From: Chiloscyllium plagiosum
Lineage: Eukaryota
Direction: 5' to 3'
Length of the DNA: 64,000 nt
Assembly (NCBI RefSeq): GCF_004010195.1
Contig: NC_057734.1
Location: 39,533,520-39,597,519 of the forward strand
Position 1 is the first letter of the stretch. Every line of letters starts with the position of its first letter. This document shows positions 62,385 to 64,000 of the stretch, piece by piece. The translations under genes and the position numbers were made by a program. The notes below the pieces were generated by a model. That model worked only from the letters and a program-made list of their open reading frames with translations, made no database searches and was not told the origin of the DNA.

Positions 62385-64000
62385 CAGTGGGTAACAGGGA
62401 AGGCAAATGGAATGTCAGCTTTTATTTCAAAGGGAATGGAGTCTAAAAATAGGGACTTGTGCTAAAATTGTTCAGGGAACTAGTCAGATCACACCTTGAA
62501 TACCTGGTCCCCTTATCCAAGGAATTACATATTAGCATTGGAGGCAGTCCAGAGAAGGTTCATGAGGTTAATTCCAGGTGTGGAGGTATGTTCTTATTGG
62601 GAGAGATTGGGCTTGTACCCGTTGAAACATTTAAGCTTCTTAGGGGGCTTGATAGGGTAGATGTGGAGAAGTTGTTTTCCCTTGTGGGAAAGTCTAGGAC
62701 CAGAGGGCATAATCTCAGAATAAAGGGTGGCCGACTTAAAGGAGAGATGAGGATTTTTATCTCTGAGTAGAGTCAGTCTGAGGAATGTTTTACTGCAAAG
62801 GGCTGTCATGGTTGTTCATTGAGTATATTCAGGGCTGCGATGAATTTTAATCAGTCAGAGAATTAAGGATGATGGGAAAAAGAAAAGTGAAGATGAGGAT
62901 TATCAGATCAGCCGTAATCTCATTGAATGGCAGAGCAGACTCAATGGGCCAAATGGTCTACTTTTGATCTTATGGTCATTTGGTCTTTAAGGATGGCAAA
63001 AGCTCCACTCTCAAGATTTACCTCCTCCTCCTGAACACACAACTATACAGTACAAAGTTCTGAGCTGAAATTAAAGTATTAAACTTTAGTTCTAAATCTG
63101 TTTCTTTAACCATATTGTTAACATCCAAGTTCTTGGCTTTCGATTTACCGATTCAGAGCCAGCAGGTTTGAATTGAAACTCTTTTATTTAATCCCTCAGC
63201 CAGATGCAGTGCCTTTGTTTGCTGAAATGAGAGAGAGAAATAGTCAGATTTCTACTGATGTTACATTGTATCAAGCCAAATAAGCAACCAAACCACTTGA
63301 GTTTTGAGAAAATGCTGGAAATACAATCTGTGAAGAGAGAAATCGAGTTAACATTTCAGGTTCTGAAACAGTACGGGTGGCCGAGATAAGAGGGAAGAAT
63401 TAAAACAGTAAGTGAATGGGAAACAAAAGGTCATGCGTATGAACTGAACAAAGATGATCAGCAGAACGAACAACCAATCTGGAATTAATTTCCCCAGTGT
63501 CAAAAACAGTGCACTAAGTTGAAAGCATTCCAAATAAATTGATGTTTCACCTGGAGAACGTTTTGGGGCCTGGACAGTGGGAAAGGAGGAGATGAAATTG
63601 CAGCATTACAGCTGCTGTATATGCATGGAAAGGAATGGGCACCTATGTTTTTGTTTTCATATATTTCTGTGTAAGTGTGATTAGCCAGGCTATTCTTGTA
63701 TTGTCTAAACCGTGGGAGGGCAATTATAAATGGTCTGTGAAGGAATAAAAAAAATCATTTGACGCATCAGAGCTAAGCCTTTTAGTATCCTTAATTCTTG
63801 GCATTCAGTTTAATTTGAATTGTCCATGTATTATTACCTCTATTATCCAAGAACGTTATTTCAGCATCTGAGTAAAGATGTTCTTCTTGAAGTGTCTTAA
63901 TTTTATGCAAATATTAAACTTTTGCCTTGTTCTGCTTTCCTGATTTGATTTCAAAAAAATATTGAGGTACGTAAAACATTAAAAGCTTTGGTATTACTAG

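Noticed and set aside
61500-64000. Possible 3' UTR of a convergent neighbour such as HNF1A
   Set aside because: Only AT-rich sequence and a minus-strand AATAAA near 61961; no coding exon recognisable in the window

Overview
Repeat-rich eukaryotic (vertebrate) genomic DNA. The repeat families (CR1 LINEs with (CTCTATGA)n-type tails, HE1/V-SINE-like and Deu/SacSINE1-like tRNA SINEs, Penelope-like elements) suggest a cartilaginous fish, probably a shark; this is inference. Two protein-coding genes sit head-to-head around a CpG-richer region at about 33.9-36.6 kb. SLC35E4 is on the minus strand with 2 coding exons (34142-33545, 18343-17904; 345 aa) and a probable non-coding first exon. CUSTOS/C12orf43 is on the plus strand with 6 coding exons (36515-55876). 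Most ORFs in the ORF track are decayed retrotransposon fragments. Main points of interest: (1) many minimal hammerhead-ribozyme motifs in at least four Penelope-like families, including tiny and palindromic TSD-flanked insertions; (2) a LINE whose 5' end is a tRNA-SINE head shared with short SINE copies; (3) a uORF whose stop overlaps the SLC35E4 start codon; (4) a possible 5' end of a third gene at about 1.9-5.8 kb. All identifications come from reading the sequence and recalling known families. No database searches were run, and repeat boundaries are approximate unless a TSD is given.
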